Made by a program: the position numbers and the translations under genes. Shown here one piece after another: positions 1 to 17,589 of a stretch of DNA of 64,000 bases. The first letter of the stretch is position 1, and each line of letters opens with the position of its first letter. This DNA comes from Lama guanicoe (lineage: Eukaryota). The notes under the pieces were generated by a model. That model did no database searches. It saw only the letters and a list, made by a program, of their open reading frames with translations, and was not told the origin of the DNA. The stretch covers positions 17,426,445 through 17,490,444 of the forward strand of contig MU055594.1 in assembly GCA_013239625.1 (NCBI GenBank), given 5' to 3'.

Positions 1-159
1 AACCCCTGTTGGCATCTCATTGCTCATAAATTCAGGTTTGCACCCCCGGCCGTCCTGAGCTGCCCCTCCCATTCTTCCAGTGCCCCTCGTGGTGTCCTAC
101 CCCTCGGACTTGATGTCTTCCAACATGACAGGCTTTTTATGGCTCAGGGCCCATACGGA

Positions 160-445
160 TGCCTTCCCATTGGCCTGGACTGCTTTCTCTCTCTCCTTTC
201 TTTCTTTGCCTAAATCCATGTCAAACCCAAGGTCACATCTTCAGGGATGACTTTCCTTAATCTTCAGGCACATGTTGTCACCCAGCCCTCTGTGTTCCCG
301 CATTCTTTGGCCTCTGGTTTGGTGATGCCTTGGCTCTAATGGCCGCTCTCCTGTCTGTCTTGCCCACAAGGGCCACGTCTTAGTCACCTGTTACTCTCTA
401 CTATGTAGCATGTTTATTGAATCAATGAAGGAAGGACTGAATGAA
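160..445 (+). mobile_element. L2 LINE 3' fragment
   Basis: Ends in TGTTTATTGAATCAATGAAGGAAGGACTGAATGAA, an L2-type tail. Confidence 0.5.
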
Positions 446-2107
446 GCCCAGCCAGACAGAGCTCTAGATGTCAGTACAGGAGAGAATGCTTCTGTGATTT
501 TCAGGGTTTCAAACTAAAATGATCTTTATTCTGCTAGTTAATTCATTATGCAAAAGCTGTAACATTAATCTCTGTTTTTCACTGATAATTTTATCTTTTG
601 CCTTTCTCCTGTAGTACTTTCTATTGTGCTTAAATTACATTCCTACGTCCTACTTTATCTATATTTAAATATATGAGTTTAGTTATGACCAGTGGCTGTG
701 TTAGCATCAAGTTGGAATAGGATTGGTTTAGAGTGGGCAAGCTTGGTCGCAGTCTCTTGAGTGTGAGCATGGTGTGGAAATTCAAAGCCCCACTTGATAC
801 CAGAGGCCTGAATCTAGGAAGGCTTCTTGGAGTTCAGATCCTGTTGTGAGTTTAGAAGTGGGAGGAGGAGGTTCTTCAGGCAGAAGAGATGGCCACTACG
901 GAGTCTCAGAAGTGGGACCAGGCAGGACACAGGCGCAGGTAGCGGGCAGGTTGGCCAGCTTACCTTTGGTCAGTGTCCACCCATGCCCTGATGGCTGCAG
1001 AAGGTTCTCCTGGGGACACCTAGTCTCCAGCCCAGGTCAGTAAAGGAGAAGTCGGAAGCTCGGGCTTTTGGGAGAAAGGGTTGAGCGTGAGTGAGTTGCT
1101 GCCCTACACCCATACGGCCCTTCTGACGAGTATGTTTCATAAGCAGAGTGAACAGACCCGGGTTTTGCTGGCCGGACCAGCTGTTTCTCAGATGCTTGTT
1201 GTATCTGGGGCCTGGGAGCTAATGGTCCTTATAAAACCAGGGTGGCCCAGTGGGGTGGGGGTGGGGTGGGCTAAGCCGGCTCAGCTGCTCTCCAGCCTTC
1301 AATACCACCATCCTGGTGGGGAAGGGACCTTAGGCATCAACTCATTGGGTGGTTTTTTTAAACTTTGATTTTCAGCCATGCAGCCTCTGTTCTCTTGAAA
1401 CCTTACTTGGAGAATGTTTGGCAACCTACTGATTTAGTCCATCCCTCTCATTAGCAGAGAAAATTGAGGCCTGGCTTTGCCCTTTCTGGGAAGAATGCCT
1501 CCTTTCTCTGAATGTCCCTCAGTGGTTCAGGGTGTCTGCATCTTATTTGGGAGGAGGGAGAGGCGTGTCCTTCCTGAGTCTTGTTCCTCAGCTGCCACTG
1601 TCTCACTAGTGTTTCTCCTTCCCACTCTGCTCCCCTCACTGTGCAGGGCTCAGTTCTGAGGGTTCCTAAGTCAGGACAGGAGGGGCCTGTGGGGACATGC
1701 CTGGGCTTGGCGCCCCCATCAATCAAGCAACCAAGCATTTGTTGAATGCCTATTACATGCCAGTGCTGAGGAGACCCAGAGGGGTACAAGCAGGGTCCTG
1801 GCTTTCAAGGGACTTGCATTCTAATGGGAGGATGACATGTGAACAGCTCGAGCAAGAGGTGCCACTGGCGATGATCACAGAGCCAATGGAGCAGACGAGT
1901 AGTGTCGGGAGGTTGGGGCGGAGGGATACACAAGGCCTGGACTGATCTGAGAAGGCTTTTTGGAAGAAGGTGGGTCTTGAAAGATGCACTGCTTTCTTGG
2001 GTTCCCCCATTTTAAAGCAAGGAGGATAACAAACTCTGAGGAGTATCTGAGGTGTGCTGGTTTCAAGAATTTCCAGGCTGTACTCCTAAAATCCAGGGAT
2101 AGGATAT

Positions 2108-2370
2108 AAAATAATAAAATAATAATAACAATAACAACAACAACAACAACAACTGCTTATAAAGCACTTCTGTGTGCCATAGGCTGTTCATTTAAATCCT
2201 TATGACAACCCTGTGAGCTCGGTACTATTGTCATCCCCATCTTACAGATGAGGAGAGTGAGGCACACAGGGGCCTTGGGACCTCCTGGAGGTTACTCAGC
2301 TAATAAATGGCAGAGCCAGGAGTCAAACCCAGGTAGTCAGGCTCAAGTCTGTGCTCTTGACTCTTAAGCT
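2108..2370 (-). mobile_element. MIR SINE with an expanded (AAT/AAC)n tail
   Basis: CCCCATCTTACAGATGAGGAGAGTGAGGCAC core; microsatellite 2108-2152 at the tail side. Confidence 0.75.
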
Positions 2371-4471
2371 CCACAGATAAGGGTTTGGCTGTTCCTGCCA
2401 CAGAGAAACGGAGGCCTGAAGCAGGGGACAGCCTGATGCACACCAGGCCCTGGCCCCCCAGCCTTCTGTCTCTCTTCCCTATCTTCCACTGAGGAGTGAT
2501 CCATCCGCCACATACAGGAAGAGAGACCCCAGACTCCAGGGGCCTTGCCCTGTGCAACCAGAATCCCGTTGGTGTGGTCACGGCAAGGGAGGTGTGTGAC
2601 CACTGCTCTTGCCCCACTTCTTTGTGTTCCCCTGGTCGAATTGGTGTCTGGGGCTCATTTCAGGTGCAGGAGAGGGCCAGATGGCCAGAGTGGTCATGAG
2701 CTACACTAGACCTCAAGGCCTGCCCCAGGGCTGGACCCAGTGCTCCTCTCCTGTCTCTGATCCCCAGATAGGTCACAAGCTTGATATAATTGTTTCTATA
2801 AAAAATTCAAGAGCATACACAGCATAACATTTCTGTCTTCCTCCCTCCCCTCATCCCAGAGGATTTCCTCTTCTCACGTTCTTACTGTCTGAAGTAGGGG
2901 CTGGGGAGGAGGTGAGCATGGCAGATGTGAGGACGGGAGGACGACTTTCCTGTGGGATGGGTACCCGGCTGGATGTGACCTCATTCCTCTGGTTCTGCTG
3001 CAGTCTCTGCTCTTGTTGTGGGCAAGGGCTGTCCTGTGGCTCAGCCTCTCCCCTCTCCCACCAGGGGGTTATCTGAGCAGTACCTGTGGGTGGGCTTCTG
3101 CAGGTGGGATTCATGGGGCTCTGACACCCATGTCTGGGAGGAAGTAAAGAAATAGCTTTTGGAAATTAGCTGTTATTTCTCCCATTGTAATATAAGCAGT
3201 GTCAGCTTGTAAAAAATGTGGAAGTAGGAAAAAGTCATCTATCATTCTGCCATCACAGGAGATAAGTCACAAACACAACGCACTTGTTCTTTTTTTTTCT
3301 TAATTGGGTTTTGGGTTCTATGCATGTGTTTTAATGCGCGTGGGCTCATTTTGTATATACAGGTTTGTATTGTCCCTATTTAACTTAGCACAGGAAGCAG
3401 TTTTCTTCATTCCATTGTTGTAGGCTTTTTGTTTTGTTTATAATTTTTATCACTGTGATAACAGGTACAGATAATACTCTTGGGCTTGTAATGAAAAGGG
3501 CCCTCTTCTGGTGTTTTGTGACAGTCACTTTCAACTCCTAATTCTTTCCTTGCAGATTGACTTTTATACTCCAAATAAGATTCTTTTACTTTAATTTTGC
3601 GCTTTAGATATTATCTATTGACTTCCTGATTTGGCAAATTAAGGCCCTAGTGTCTATACCTCCATGCAGGCATTTCCCTTCCTCTCAGAATACTTATGAC
3701 ACATTTTGGGTAATATTTTTCACAGTCGAACCATGTATGATTACATTTAGTACATAGTTTTCATAAACATAATTTTAACTCCATGGTTTTCCATGTCTAT
3801 TTATGTATTTGCTGTTATAAATAAGACTGTAGAAAGTGTGTTCACACAAAGCCTTTTTTTATATTTAGGACTTTTCTTAAGCAATATTTCTAGTAGTTAA
3901 ACTACTGAGACATCGGAAAGAATTTCTTTTACCTTTTAACTGAAGAATGTCACACAGTCAGTAAATGATAAAATACAATAATCGTAGGTGTACTACTTAA
4001 TGAATTTTTCCATATCCTTATGCTATGAACCACCTCCCAGGTCAGTCAATATATAGCATGTTTCCATTACTGGGAAGGTTCCACTCAGCCCTTCTCAGTC
4101 AGTACCTGCATCTCCCCACCCCCGCACCACTGCCACTCCTGCGGGCAGGAGAGCCACTTTTCTGACTCACAGTGCCATCAGTCCATCAATTAGCCTTGCC
4201 TGTTCATGAACAGGAACGATTATTTTGAAGGCTCATGAGGCACAGGCCGTGGGCATCACTTGGGAGACATGCCTTCTTGACCCCTGCCTTCCAGGGCTCC
4301 TGCCCGTAGTTCTCTCTGACCTGGCCTTGGCCCCTTTGGGGCAGGAGGCAGCTGCTCGCCATCCAGGCCTGTACAGATGGACTGGGGGCCAGGGGGCTGG
4401 GCGGTGGGCCAGGCCTGGGGTGGGAAGTATAGCTTGGCGAAAGGACTTCAGTGAATCGCTCATTTGACCAG

Positions 4472-8913
<4,442 letters not shown>

Positions 8914-9867
8914 NNNNNNNNNNNTCCCGCCACAGGGCCACAGCCCACTCAGCCCTGGGACACTGCCCTGGCCCTCCACCCTCTGCTCCCCACTGGCTGA
9001 CTTTGGGCAAGGCAGTGCCTCTCTACTCTAGGGAGGGGGATGCAGCACTTGAAGCAGGGACTCCCACAGAGTGGTCCCTCTTCTCCCCCAAATGTGTTCA
9101 TGACTCCCTGCAGCTAGTACAGACAGGCTGAGCACCTTGATGCTCAGCGCTCAGATGACTTGGGGATGCCTGGCCCCCTCCTGCTCCTCACCCCACAGCT
9201 ACCTGAGGCTGCTCTGAGAAATACACATGGGAATACATACGCTCCTCTTCTGTCCTCTTCAGTCTCATTTGACCTCCAGATGTCTCTCCTTCTCCCCCTC
9301 CACTGCAGGCATATAGGGAACAGCAGGAGATGATTCTCACCAAAGCTCTGTCAAGCCCCATTGGCCCCTGGAGTTAGTTAGCTGGAGGGGAGCCAACCCC
9401 CAAAGGCACAAGTAGACCCCTGCAGTGTGCAGGCTGACAGAGCTGCATGATTTCCTCTTGCTCCCTGCCTGACCAAGACAATGTGGGAGGGCAGGAGGAG
9501 AAAAGCCAGAGGCTCTGGGTGATAGGTGAATAGAGCCCAGATGGACCAAAAGAAGGGCATGAACAAGCACCCACCCTGTGCCCTCTCTTTGGTGAGCATC
9601 AGCCCTGGGATCACTGACATGGAAGGGACCTCCCTGGGGCTGACTGCTTTCCTGTGCTGATGGTTCCAAAGCTGGGAGGAAGGAAGCAGGGAGCAGTGCC
9701 CCAAGCATGGCTCCCCCCAACACCTATTTATTTCCTGTTTGTGATGATGGTGGGCAGGCCCTCACTTGTCCACTTTAGGCACCTCGAAGGGGCAAGGGTC
9801 TGGGAAGGGCTGGACCCAGGTTCCAGGGGCGCAGGCAGTGCAGCCTTTGGCTGTGTACATAGGGTGC

Positions 9868-9873
9868 TTTATT
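9868..9873 (-). terminator. MEA1 polyadenylation signal (TTTATT on +)
   Basis: AATAAA on the minus strand ~215 nt past the MEA1 stop; a second candidate at 9727-9732. Confidence 0.65.
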
Positions 9874-9939
9874 CTCCACAGAGTGATACATGCTATGGTG
9901 GGTTGGGCTTGGGCCGATGTCCCCATATGTACAGAACTG

Positions 9940-9945
9940 AATAAA
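9940..9945 (+). terminator. PPP2R5D polyadenylation signal AATAAA
   Basis: AATAAA about 1 kb after the inferred stop, at the end of the last exon. Confidence 0.75.
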
Positions 9946-10088
9946 GTGGGTCTCTGAGAAGAAGTCTGATTTGCCTTGGTGTGGAAAGGGAGACAGGAAG
10001 ATGAAGATGGACATTACAACCAGGATGTGTTCAGTCCTGTGCTGGTTATGGACTGGAATGCAGGGAGATAAGGCAGCTCTCAGGGTGG

Positions 10089-11016
10089 TCACTTCCAGGC
10101 AGGGGCAGCCTGCCGGGCTTGGAGGGCCTTCTGTACCACATCTTCCCACTGGGCATCTGATATCTCCCGAGCCCAGGCAGGAACCCCGGGCGCAGGCAGG
10201 CTTACTCCAGCCATCGTCCTTTTCACCAGCTCTACGTGTTCTGAAATTACAGGCAGAAACCAGCTGCAGGTAGAAACAATGGGAACAGCTCCCCTCTCCA
10301 CTCACTGAATTAACCCAGAGCTTTTGGGCTAGCAAGGTCACTGAATCCTTTTTATCCCTAGGCAAGCCTGCTCATCCCCCAAACCTAGAAGAACAGCATT
10401 TTCAGCTGGATCCCCCAAGTCTAGAAGAACATCATTTCACCTGGATCTTAGATTACAAACTTGTTTTAGAAATGGGGTGTTCCTCTGTGATTTCCCTTTA
10501 CTGGCTCTAACCAGTCCCCTTCCTCTATAATTATTCCAGAATAAAAGAATGATCTCTTACCTGGGTCCATGGGAATAGAGCTGTGGTTGCTCAATGCTGT
10601 AGCTCCCCCCTCATCTTCATCCTCGCTTTCTAATGGTGGGTCTGGCAAATGAAGCCCCAGAGCCTGCAGAGCCGGAGAAGGCAGTTCACGGCCAGCCCTG
10701 CAGGGGTTCTAGCTTCACCTGCTCAGGAACAATGCCTCCTCCACCATACCTGGATCCGGTCCTGGATATCAGCAACTACATCTCCATCTCCCACTGGTGC
10801 CAGCTCCACTTCCTCTTGTTCAGGATCTTGGTTCAGGGGCTGGTAGGAGTAGCCAGCTGGGCCTGCCCCCGTTTCCTCCTGCTCTTCCTCTGGCTCCTCA
10901 CTGCTCCAATCCCCAGTACCTTCTGTAGGGCCCTGGTGTGGCCCGAGTTCCTCAGTCTGACTGGGGAAGATACGCTCAGGACCCATGGTGTCTCCCCCTA
11001 GAACTACTGCTGCCAT
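10089..11016 (-). CDS. MEA1: Male-enhanced antigen 1, 173 aa
   Basis: Exons 11016-10750 ([17 protein letters not shown]...DRIQ), 10663-10561 ([17 protein letters not shown]...), 10240-10089 ([10 protein letters not shown]...PAWK*); 522 nt total, canonical splice sites. Confidence 0.96.
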
Positions 11017-11419
11017 CAGGCAGGGGCTGCAAGAACAAGGAGGTAGGAGAAGAGGGACTGGATGAAATTAGGTCCACCGTCAGCCTTTCATCCATCTCCC
11101 GTGGTCTCCTCCTGCGTCCACAAAACATTTAAACGCCCCAAGCTTCCTGCACCCCACCCACCTCAGCCTTTCCTAGTTGCTCCACCTCTTAAGTTGGTTC
11201 TTATCTCCAGCCGGGGCCCACCCGCCTTGCTCTGCCAATTCTTCAAAAAACTGCCCAACCGGAGGCCATGCCCCCTCCCTCCAACTCACTTAGGAACTCC
11301 GGGTTGCCAAACAAGCTCCCCTAAACAAGGAGTACCCGCCCCTTCTCTCCTCCCCAAGGGGTCCTCATCAGTACCACCTGACAAACGCCCTCCAGGCCCC
11401 AGGGGCTCCTTCTAATGGC

Positions 11420-11960
11420 CCCAGCTGCAACGTCCCCTACCCGCCCCCGCTGATTCTCAGCACCGGTGCTTCCGCGCGCCTCACCAGCTCAGAGCCCGCG
11501 GCCGAACCCGCACCTTCACTTCCGGCGGGGCAGGACGTGCCGGGGCAACTAGTCCTCCAGCCCCGCCCCGCGTTCATGATTGACGCGAGCGGGGACGTAT
11601 AGTTCACCCCTTGCCCCGCCTCCACCATCTTCTGCCCAGACAACAAAGGACTACATCACCCAGAAGTCTCGCGGCTTTGACACAACTGCACATGTGCATA
11701 ACCTCCTCCGGCTCTTGCCCACTCCTGAGATCCCTTCACGTTCCTCCCCAAACCCGTGGACTACAAATCCCGGTAGGCTTCGGGCGCTTAGCGCTGGTTG
11801 CACGTGCGCACACAGCTGCCCGCTGGAAGGTCCGAGCCTGGCTGTGTTTATCTCGTTGGGGACCGAGTCGTCGGTTGGCGCGCAACGGGTTCTAGGCTGC
11901 AGGCAGCGCGAGGACCCGCGGCCCCGCCCCGGCCCGGCCTGGCAGGTAGCCCCGGGTGGG
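11420..11960. promoter_or_regulatory. CpG-island bidirectional promoter shared by MEA1 and KLHDC3, including KLHDC3 non-coding exon 1 (donor at 11946)
   Basis: High CpG; ETS CACTTCCGG 11517-11525; two ACTACA-n-CCC ZNF143/THAP11-type motifs at 11650 and 11760; NRF1/E-box TGCACGTGCGCA 11799-11810; GC boxes. Confidence 0.85.
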
Positions 11961-14212
11961 TTGAGGGACTAGGAAGATTATAGGGGCTGGGGACACCCAT
12001 GCCTAGAGCTGGATTCGTGGGGGAGGGGCCTGAGAGAGATGAGATGGGGGTGGGGAGGGAGTTAGGGGGATGATGGGAAAGGAGAGTGTTAATGGGGAAA
12101 GGAGGGCTCGGGGAAGATGGTGAGGAGATCGATGGGAGACACCTGGTAGCTAGAGAAAGCCCTAAAGGGAATTGGAAGGAAGACCAGGTTATGAGGAGAA
12201 CAGGGAAGCTGAGGATAACGGAAGCAAAGGGCGGGGGTGTCTGGCGTTGTGGGGGAAGGGAGGTTCGGATGACTGGAAGAAGGCAGGGATAGCGTCATAT
12301 ACAGGGAGGAAAATCTCTGGCCGAAAGAGGTCAATGAATATTAGCTTTCTATCCCTTAGAGGAAGAGGGCTATCGGAGTGGAGCTTGGAGTTGTGGGAGA
12401 AGGAAAAAGGAGAAAATTGCAAAGCCCTCAGGAGTTCGAGAAGGGCCAGAAACGGGGAGTGAAAATTGCAAGAGAATAGGAACGGAGTTAGGTACATTAA
12501 AGGATTTGAAGAAGCTTGAGAATGCGGCAGTGATGGAGGATGGGAGAGACCCAGGGATAAGAGGAGCTCCTGAGACCCTGCAGGCTTGTCATCCGCGAGC
12601 TTGAGTTGTCCTCACTTATGGACGAGAAGCTAAGTTTTTTTTTCTCCACCTTTGGATGGAATTGCTTCTCTCTTCCCCTGTGAATTCTTTACTTTCATAT
12701 AGCTGAAGGGAGAGTAGAAGCTATGAGGGAAGATGAAGAACTCCCATTCTTAAGCTCTTCCACCTCCTTCCTATCTGTCCCCACAAGTCCAGATCCGAGA
12801 GCTTTTGGATTGAGGACAGGAGTAATGAAGTGAGAGTGGTTTCCTGCTGGGGCTATTTCAGGTTTGACAGAGTGGATTTTTAAAGCATGGGGTGGGGGGT
12901 TGAGGGAGGTTGGGTGGGGTCGGGGAGGGGGCTGGCAAGCCAGCCGAAAGCCAGAGCTGTGTGTCTTTCTTGCAAGGGGCCTCCTTTACTTGAGCTTTTT
13001 CTGCGCCTGAGGTTCTGCCTGGGTCTTCCCTCCGCTAGGGCTTCTTGAAGAGGGAGCAAACGATTCACCCAAAACCAGCAGGTGCTTGCCAGCGACGGCA
13101 GTGCCAGTCGCAGGATCTGCCTAGGGACAGAGCCTCCAGATGTACCCTTTATCACTAGGTTGGCAGATTGAGAGACCATGACCTCTTATGCCTGCTGTCT
13201 TTTTCTTGTCCTGCGCAAGGGCATTTTTGCTTTCCTTCCAATTGCTTCCACTGATTTGCAGTGCGCACCCCATCCTTAGCCCCTCTGAGGAACCCAAGTG
13301 GGAGAAAAGCTGCTGGAAACAGCTCGTTCTTTACCACAATAGCAGGGTTGGGCAAGTGGCAAGAGGAGAAAACCCCTCCTCCTCACTCCCGTTCTGTCAA
13401 TGCCCAGTAGACACATACCCTTCTGGCTTAAGTTCCTAGTCTTGGCAGCATACCAGGCACAGCTGTCAAAGGAACTCCTCGTGCCTATGAGGGGCCCTGG
13501 GTGACCCTGAAGACAACAGCTCAGCTTGACAAGAGCCCCCTAGCTATCCATCCATGGAGGTCCCAACCATCCGTGGAGGTCCCTGCCCTGGATCAATCCC
13601 ACCCTGTTGTGGATAAAGGGAGTATTCCATTCTAAAAGCCTAAAAGCTTTTTTACTTGGAGGCACTCATGCCAGCTTTCAATAGACCGTCTGGGGCTGGC
13701 TGGGCTATTAATAGCTCTGAGTATTTTGAGATCCCTCTCCCCACCTCAAAGAGCACAGAGATTCTTAGAGAGGTGGCAGTAAGCAGAGCACAGCCAGAGA
13801 GACAAGAGAACTAACTCACTGGCCTGGGAAGGGGGCTTGGAGCTTGGGCCAGGCCAGGGACGGGGTGGCGCCTCCATGAGTGGGGTATGACGATGTTGAG
13901 CCTTGATCAGCAGCCTGAGCTGGCAGTCAGGTCAGACTGGCCCCACCCTTCCCTGTTGGAGAACGCAGGGCCAGGGCTAGCTCCCTGACCTCGGCAGCTC
14001 CCCTGGGGCAAAGCCAGCCACCTGAGCTGCGGAGGGGTTGTGTGGGAGGGCCACCAGGGTGACACTTAGAGGCAAGGGCTAGTCTTGGGCAGAGTCACAG
14101 TGAGGCGGGCAAAGGCCTCGTCTGAGGAGCCCGTGGCCCTAATTNNNNNNNNNNNNNNNNNNNNNNNNNNNNNNNNNNNNNNNNNNNNNNNNNNNNNNNN
14201 NNNNNNNNNNNN

Positions 14213-17200
14213 NNNNNNNNNNNNNNNNNNNNNNNNNNNNNNNNNNNNNNNNNNNNNNNNNNNNNNNNNNNNNNNNNNNNNNNNNNNNNNNNNNNNNNNN
14301 NNNNNNNNNNNNNNNNNNNNNNNNATGAGACGCTGCGTCAGATTGATGTGCACATTTTCAATGCAGGTAAGCTAATTTGGGGACCCTCCCTGGGTGCCCA
14401 TGTCAGGGAGGGCAACGGGCAGCTGAATGAGGTTTGATGGTGATCCCTGTGGCCAAAGGGAGTGGGGGAAATGAGTATCTGGTTTGGGAAAAGGTGGACA
14501 GCCTGAAGGGAGGTTCCCAGGGCTGAGCAGAACTGTGCCCACAGTGTCCTTGCGTTGGACAAAGCTGCCCCCGGTGAGACCTGCCACCCGCGGGCAGGCT
14601 CCCGTGGTACCCTACATGAGGTATGGACACTCAACTGTCCTCATCGATGACACAGTCTTCCTCTGGGGCGGGCGGAATGACACCGAAGGGGCCTGCAACG
14701 TGCTCTATGCCTTTGATGTCAGTGAGTATGGGTCTTGGAGAGGCTATGTTCTGCCAGCTGGTGCCTTGTGGGGCTGGGAAGGGTGTGGGCTGAGGGGCTG
14801 GGAGTAAGGCGCCCCAGAGTCTAGGAGAGAGTGTCAACTTGCTTACCAGGCCCACCCTCTCCCCTCCTTCAGATACTCACAAGTGGTCCACACCCCGAGT
14901 GTCAGGAACAGTTCCTGGGGCCCGGGATGGACATTCGGCTTGTGTCCTGGGCAAGACCATGTACATTTTCGGGGGCTACGAGCAGCTGGTAGGTCTGGGA
15001 AGAAACTACAGGTTTAGGGTGGGAATGAGAAAGTGGAAGGGGAATTGAAGGTCGTGGAGTGGAAGGCTTTGGTTTGCTTGCAGGTTCTGAGTGGGGAGGG
15101 ATGGAGGGCCAGAGAGTGACCACTGCCCCTCATTTATTCCTTCCTTCACTTCCTCTCTCTTCCCTCTCAGGCGGACTGCTTTTCCAATGACATTCACAAG
15201 CTGGATACCAGCACCATGACGTGGACCCTGATCTGTACAAAGGTCTGCCCTTCTTCCTCTCTCCCAGGTCCCCACCCTCAATTGAAGAAACCATAGGGAG
15301 CTCAAACAGTGAAAGCTGACCCTCTCCCCCTCCCACCCTGCTCCTGCCCAGGGCAACCCTGCACGCTGGAGGGACTTCCACTCGGCCACAATGCTGGGCA
15401 GTCACATGTATGTCTTTGGGGGCCGCGCCGACCGTTTTGGGCCATTCCATTCCAACAACGAGATTTACTGCAACCGCATCCGCGTCTTTGACACGAGGAC
15501 TGAGGCCTGGCTGGACTGTCCACCCACCCCAGTGCTTCCTGAGGGGCGCCGGAGCCACTCAGCTTGTGAGTGTCTGTTCCATCCCCACCGAGTCCCCTTC
15601 CCACCCATTGTCCCCACGCTCCTAACATTCCTCTCTCCTTCCAGTTGGCTACAATGGGGAGCTGTACATTTTTGGTGGCTATAATGCAAGGCTGAACCGA
15701 CACTTCCATGACCTCTGGAAGTTTAACCCTGGTAAAGAGCACTGCCTTTAAAGGAGGAACAAAGAGGAATTTCGGGCAAGGGGGAGAATAATCCTGAATA
15801 GGTGAGGTGCGTGGGTGGAGAGGATATCTGGAGTAGGCAGGCCTTGAACCACCATATAAATTCTTTTTAGTGTCGTTTACCTGGAAAAAGATTGAACCGA
15901 AAGGGAAGGGGCCATGTCCCCGCCGGCGCCAGTGTTGCTGTATTGTTGGTGACAAGATTGTCCTCTTTGGGGGCACCAGGTTAGGAGGAGAGAGGGGAGG
16001 GATCCAGGAAGGGTCTCGGCCTGTGACTCACCTGGGAGACATTTGAGCGAGAGGGTCTCGTGGGTCGTCTCTGCTCCTTCCTTCATCTCTCTTTTGATCC
16101 CTACAGTCCGTCTCCTGAGGAAGGCCTGGGAGATGAATTTGACCTCATAGATCATTCTGACTTACACATCTTGGACTTTAGTAAGTACACTTATTCCCAA
16201 AGTGCTCATGTCATCAGGGTGCCTGTCTTTGGGTGGTGATATCGAGGACTGGGCTCTTTCCTCAGCTTTGACCATCTCCCTCTTCTCCACTCCTCCTTTT
16301 AAGGCCCTAGTCTGAAGACTCTGTGCAAACTGGCTGTGATTCAGTATAACCTGGACCAGTCCTGTTTGCCCCATGACATCAGGTATAGTGACTGGTTAGA
16401 AAGGGATGGGTTGAGGTCAGTGGGCAGCACAGGCATGACCTGACTGGCTTGGTCTCAGGATGGGGGAGATAGGTTTTGTTTTGCTGGAGATGTAGTGTGC
16501 TTGTGGAGAGTGAGCTGGAAGGAAATATAAAACTGTCAGCATGGTAAATTGTGTGGGGAAAAAAAAAATCCAGTTTTTCAAACCAAGCTCAGAAACATCA
16601 CTTCTTCCTGAGACCTGCTTATTCAGTTTTTGTTAATGTGCTGAGAAAGTTTGATTAAATCTTAGAACCTAACTGCAAAGGAAAGACAAGTTTCAGAGCT
16701 TCTGGATCACATCAGTTCCAGAATTAAGGGAGGTCCTTCCTAGCTACTTGCCTTTGAATTCCATTCTTAGGTCCAGATCAAGCACTAAGTTATTTTGCGT
16801 ATAATTGTGCCCTTCTGGGTCATTCTGCGACACTTCCCTCTCCTTGTATCAGTTCAATTTAACTCTTACTTGCTGAGGGTCTCTGTGTTCAGTATTTAGT
16901 GACAGAGTATACACGGTTGAACTGATGGATCTCGGATCAGCCCAGGATTGACACATGTGCAAGTACCTAATACCAAGTAGACTGTAGCCTTGGTGTAAGG
17001 AGGTACTTGGTGAATCTATGTAGAGTGATAGAATTGCTAAAAAGAGAGGGACTTAATTTTAATGTGGTGGAATGGGTGGAGAAGGCCTCAGGGAGGATGT
17101 GAGAGCTAAGTCAGAGCCTTAAAAGGATGGGAATTGAGAGCACAAAGGGGCATTCCTGGTGGAGTGAGGGGGATAGGCTTTCGTTTTGGATCTGAGCAGA

Positions 17201-17589
17201 GGAGGAAAGGTAGGTTGGGAAGTTTATTGAGATTTATACACAGGTGGTTTTCTCCAAGTGTTGGGCACAAGAATACAAATATGTAAGCAAACAGGAAGTC
17301 CACATGAGCTTGCAGGTGGAGGAGTGGGTGGTACTGGATTTGGTGGTGGGTGGTGACTAATTGTTAAACCTAGTAGGGCTGTAAGGCAGAGGTGGCTGTG
17401 GGTGGTTGAGCTTTAGGAAGTAGAAGGGACTGGTATGTTCATAGCTTTGTTCAAGCAATTCTGGGCTTGGGGGTGGAGGCTCCCCTTTCTGTCCTTTCTG
17501 CCTGTCATTGTTGGCCTTCCAGGTGGGAGCTGAATGCCATGACCACCAACAGCAATATCAGTCGCCCCATCGTCTCCTCCCATGGATAG
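14213..17589 (+). CDS. KLHDC3: Kelch domain-containing protein 3 (CRL2 C-degron receptor), 382 aa; ATG inferred inside an N-run
   Basis: Exons ~14213-14366, 14545-14721, 14873-14988, 15171-15242, 15352-15565, 15645-15731, 15871-15979, 16107-16180, 16304-16382, 17523-17589; kelch FGG/WGG repeats, SLKTLC BC-box, ends RPIVSSHG*; 1149 nt. Confidence 0.96.
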
